From Azolla caroliniana (Eukaryota > Plantae > Polypodiophyta), in assembly GCA_043228905.1 (NCBI GenBank), contig JBHGNT010000016.1, forward strand, positions 7,378,001-7,442,000: DNA of 64,000 bases, written 5' to 3'. Position 1 is the stretch's first letter, and every line of letters begins with the position of its first letter. Both the position numbers and the translations under genes were made by a program. This document shows, in pieces, positions 62,401 to 64,000 of the stretch. Under the pieces are notes generated by a model. That model did not search any database and was not told where the DNA came from. It worked only from the letters and a program-made list of their open reading frames with translations.

Positions 62401-64000
62401 ACGAGCGACTGAGTCGGTTGGACCAGTCAGATGAAGAGACGGCAAGTGGTGGAGACTCTGTCGTGCTCTCCCCGCGCAAGGAACCAAGGAAACGGTTCAC
62501 GCGCAAAGAGAAAGGGAAGAGGAAGACGCCGGAATTCGAAACCGGCAACGATGAGTCGGATCGGTGCGTATCCGACTCCGGAAAGAAGAAAGGCGGATCT
62601 TCGGCAATGAAGACCGAACTGGCCAAGAAGGGCCTCAAATCAGGTGACGGTGCGTTGCGCCGATCAACCCGCCAAAAGGATCCCGTCATGCGGTACGGGT
62701 ACAATGAATACATGGCGCATCATTATGCGTACATGTCTAAGGTAACAGAAGTGTGTGAGCCGGAGAGCTACGCAGAAGCGGCAAAGGACGCAAATTGGCG
62801 TGCCGCTATGGACGAAGAAATGTGGGCACTCGATGCCAACGAAACTTGGGACCTAGTTGATCCTCCCCATCACTGTAAACCGATCGGATGCAAGTGGGTG
62901 TACAAGGTCAAGTACAACGCCGACGGTTCTGTTAACTGGTACAAAGCCCGGTTAGTGGCGAAGGGATACGCGTAGACCCACGGAAACGACTACGACGAGA
63001 CCTTCGCTCCTGTGGCGAAGATGGCGACAGTTCGTGTGGTACTGGCGGTTGCTGTGGCAAGGGGGTGGCATCTTCACCAGATGGATGTGAAGAACGCCTT
63101 CCTTCAAGGAGAGCTTGAAGAAGAAGTCTTTATGACTCAGCCCCCCGGATTTCAATCGGAGATGAACAAATCGGCGGTATGCCGACTGAAGAAGTCGCTT
63201 TACGGCTTGAAGCAAGCCCCCTGAGCTTGGAACGCGAAGATCACGCACTGGTTGCATAAGCTGGGGTTTGTTGTCTCTAAGGCTTTGACGGTCCGGTATG
63301 TATACTCTTGTCTGTGAATGATTTAGTCATCACCGGACCGGGTCTTCCCGAAATCAACCGCGTCAAGTCCCAGTTGTCGGACGCATTCGAAATGAAGGAC
63401 TTGGGGGACCTTCATTATTTTCTTGGGATCGAAGTGATCCGGACCCCCGACGGCATATTGCTCTCACAACGACATTACGTGTTGAATATGCTGTATAAGT
63501 TCGGCATGACGGATTGCCGACCTGTCTCCACACCCCTGGACCGGAACCAGAAGCTCCGTCCCAACTCCGGAACGGCTTGCAATGAGAAACGGTTCCGACA
63601 GGTTGTCGGAAGCCTGATCTACTTAACCATCACCCGACCCGACATCAGCTATCCGGTCGAGATGGTAAGTCAGTTCATGCAGGAGCACCTTCAGTGCGCG
63701 CAACGTATATTACGGTATGTTAGCGGCACTAAGGACCGGGGACTGCTATACCGGCGAGGTATACCCGAAGACCTTGTCGGTTACACAGATGTTGACTGGG
63801 CTGGCGATGCGTCTGATCGCCGCTCCACTTCTGGATACATGTTCTCCATAGGTAGCGCGGCCGTTGCGTGGAGCAGCAAGAAGCAGCCCACATTGGCTTT
63901 GTCAAGCACTGAGGCTGAGTATCGGGCCACTACCGTTGCCACTTGTGAAGCCATTTGGCTTCGGCGACTGCTGCGAGAATTGCGGATCGAGGTAACAAAC
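59495..64000 (+). mobile_element. Ty1/copia element running off the window
   Basis: 5' LTR 59495-59899 (TGTTGAG..TTCA); PBS TGGTATCAGAGC 59900-59911; gag, PR (DSGTS), integrase, RT and RNase H (DVDWAG..RRSTSG) with stops and frameshifts. Confidence 0.94.
59994..64000 (+). pseudogene. Copia gag-pol polyprotein, disrupted
   Basis: ORFs 59994..60548, 60536..60826, 60950..61702, 61428..62975 and 63012..63224. Confidence 0.9.

Overview
Eukaryotic, gene-poor, TE-saturated DNA, most likely from a non-seed land plant such as a fern (inferred from plant-type tRNA-iMet and tRNA-Trp primer sites, an L1 ORF1 of DUF4283 type and a self-priming Tcn1-type chromovirus). I see no intact host gene. The main result is two diverged giant cut-and-paste DNA transposons with the same layout: element A (35665-56084, 20.4 kb, TSD GGTT) and element B (12166-22815, 10.65 kb, TSD TGTA), plus an inverted partial copy of A (about 1401-3787). 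Both have short TIRs starting GGGTGAAAGCA-like and 4-bp TSDs. Both carry a spliced Sola2-like transposase on +, and a convergent multi-exon accessory gene on - (conserved 'VY..NNE..FA.AFA.E' domain, probable coiled coil, RING-H2). Each family has its own palindrome (TAGCTAATTAGCTA in A, TTAGTACTAA in B) that sits next to both TIRs and is amplified into arrays inside the element's introns. Around and inside them are four Ty1/copia elements, a tRNA-Trp-primed Ty3/gypsy and a related gag-only element, a young chromovirus with a self-priming PBS and a -1 frameshift signal, a solo LTR, and L1 and RTEX/CR1-like LINE remnants. All coordinates were read by eye; family assignments rest on remembered motifs, not database searches.
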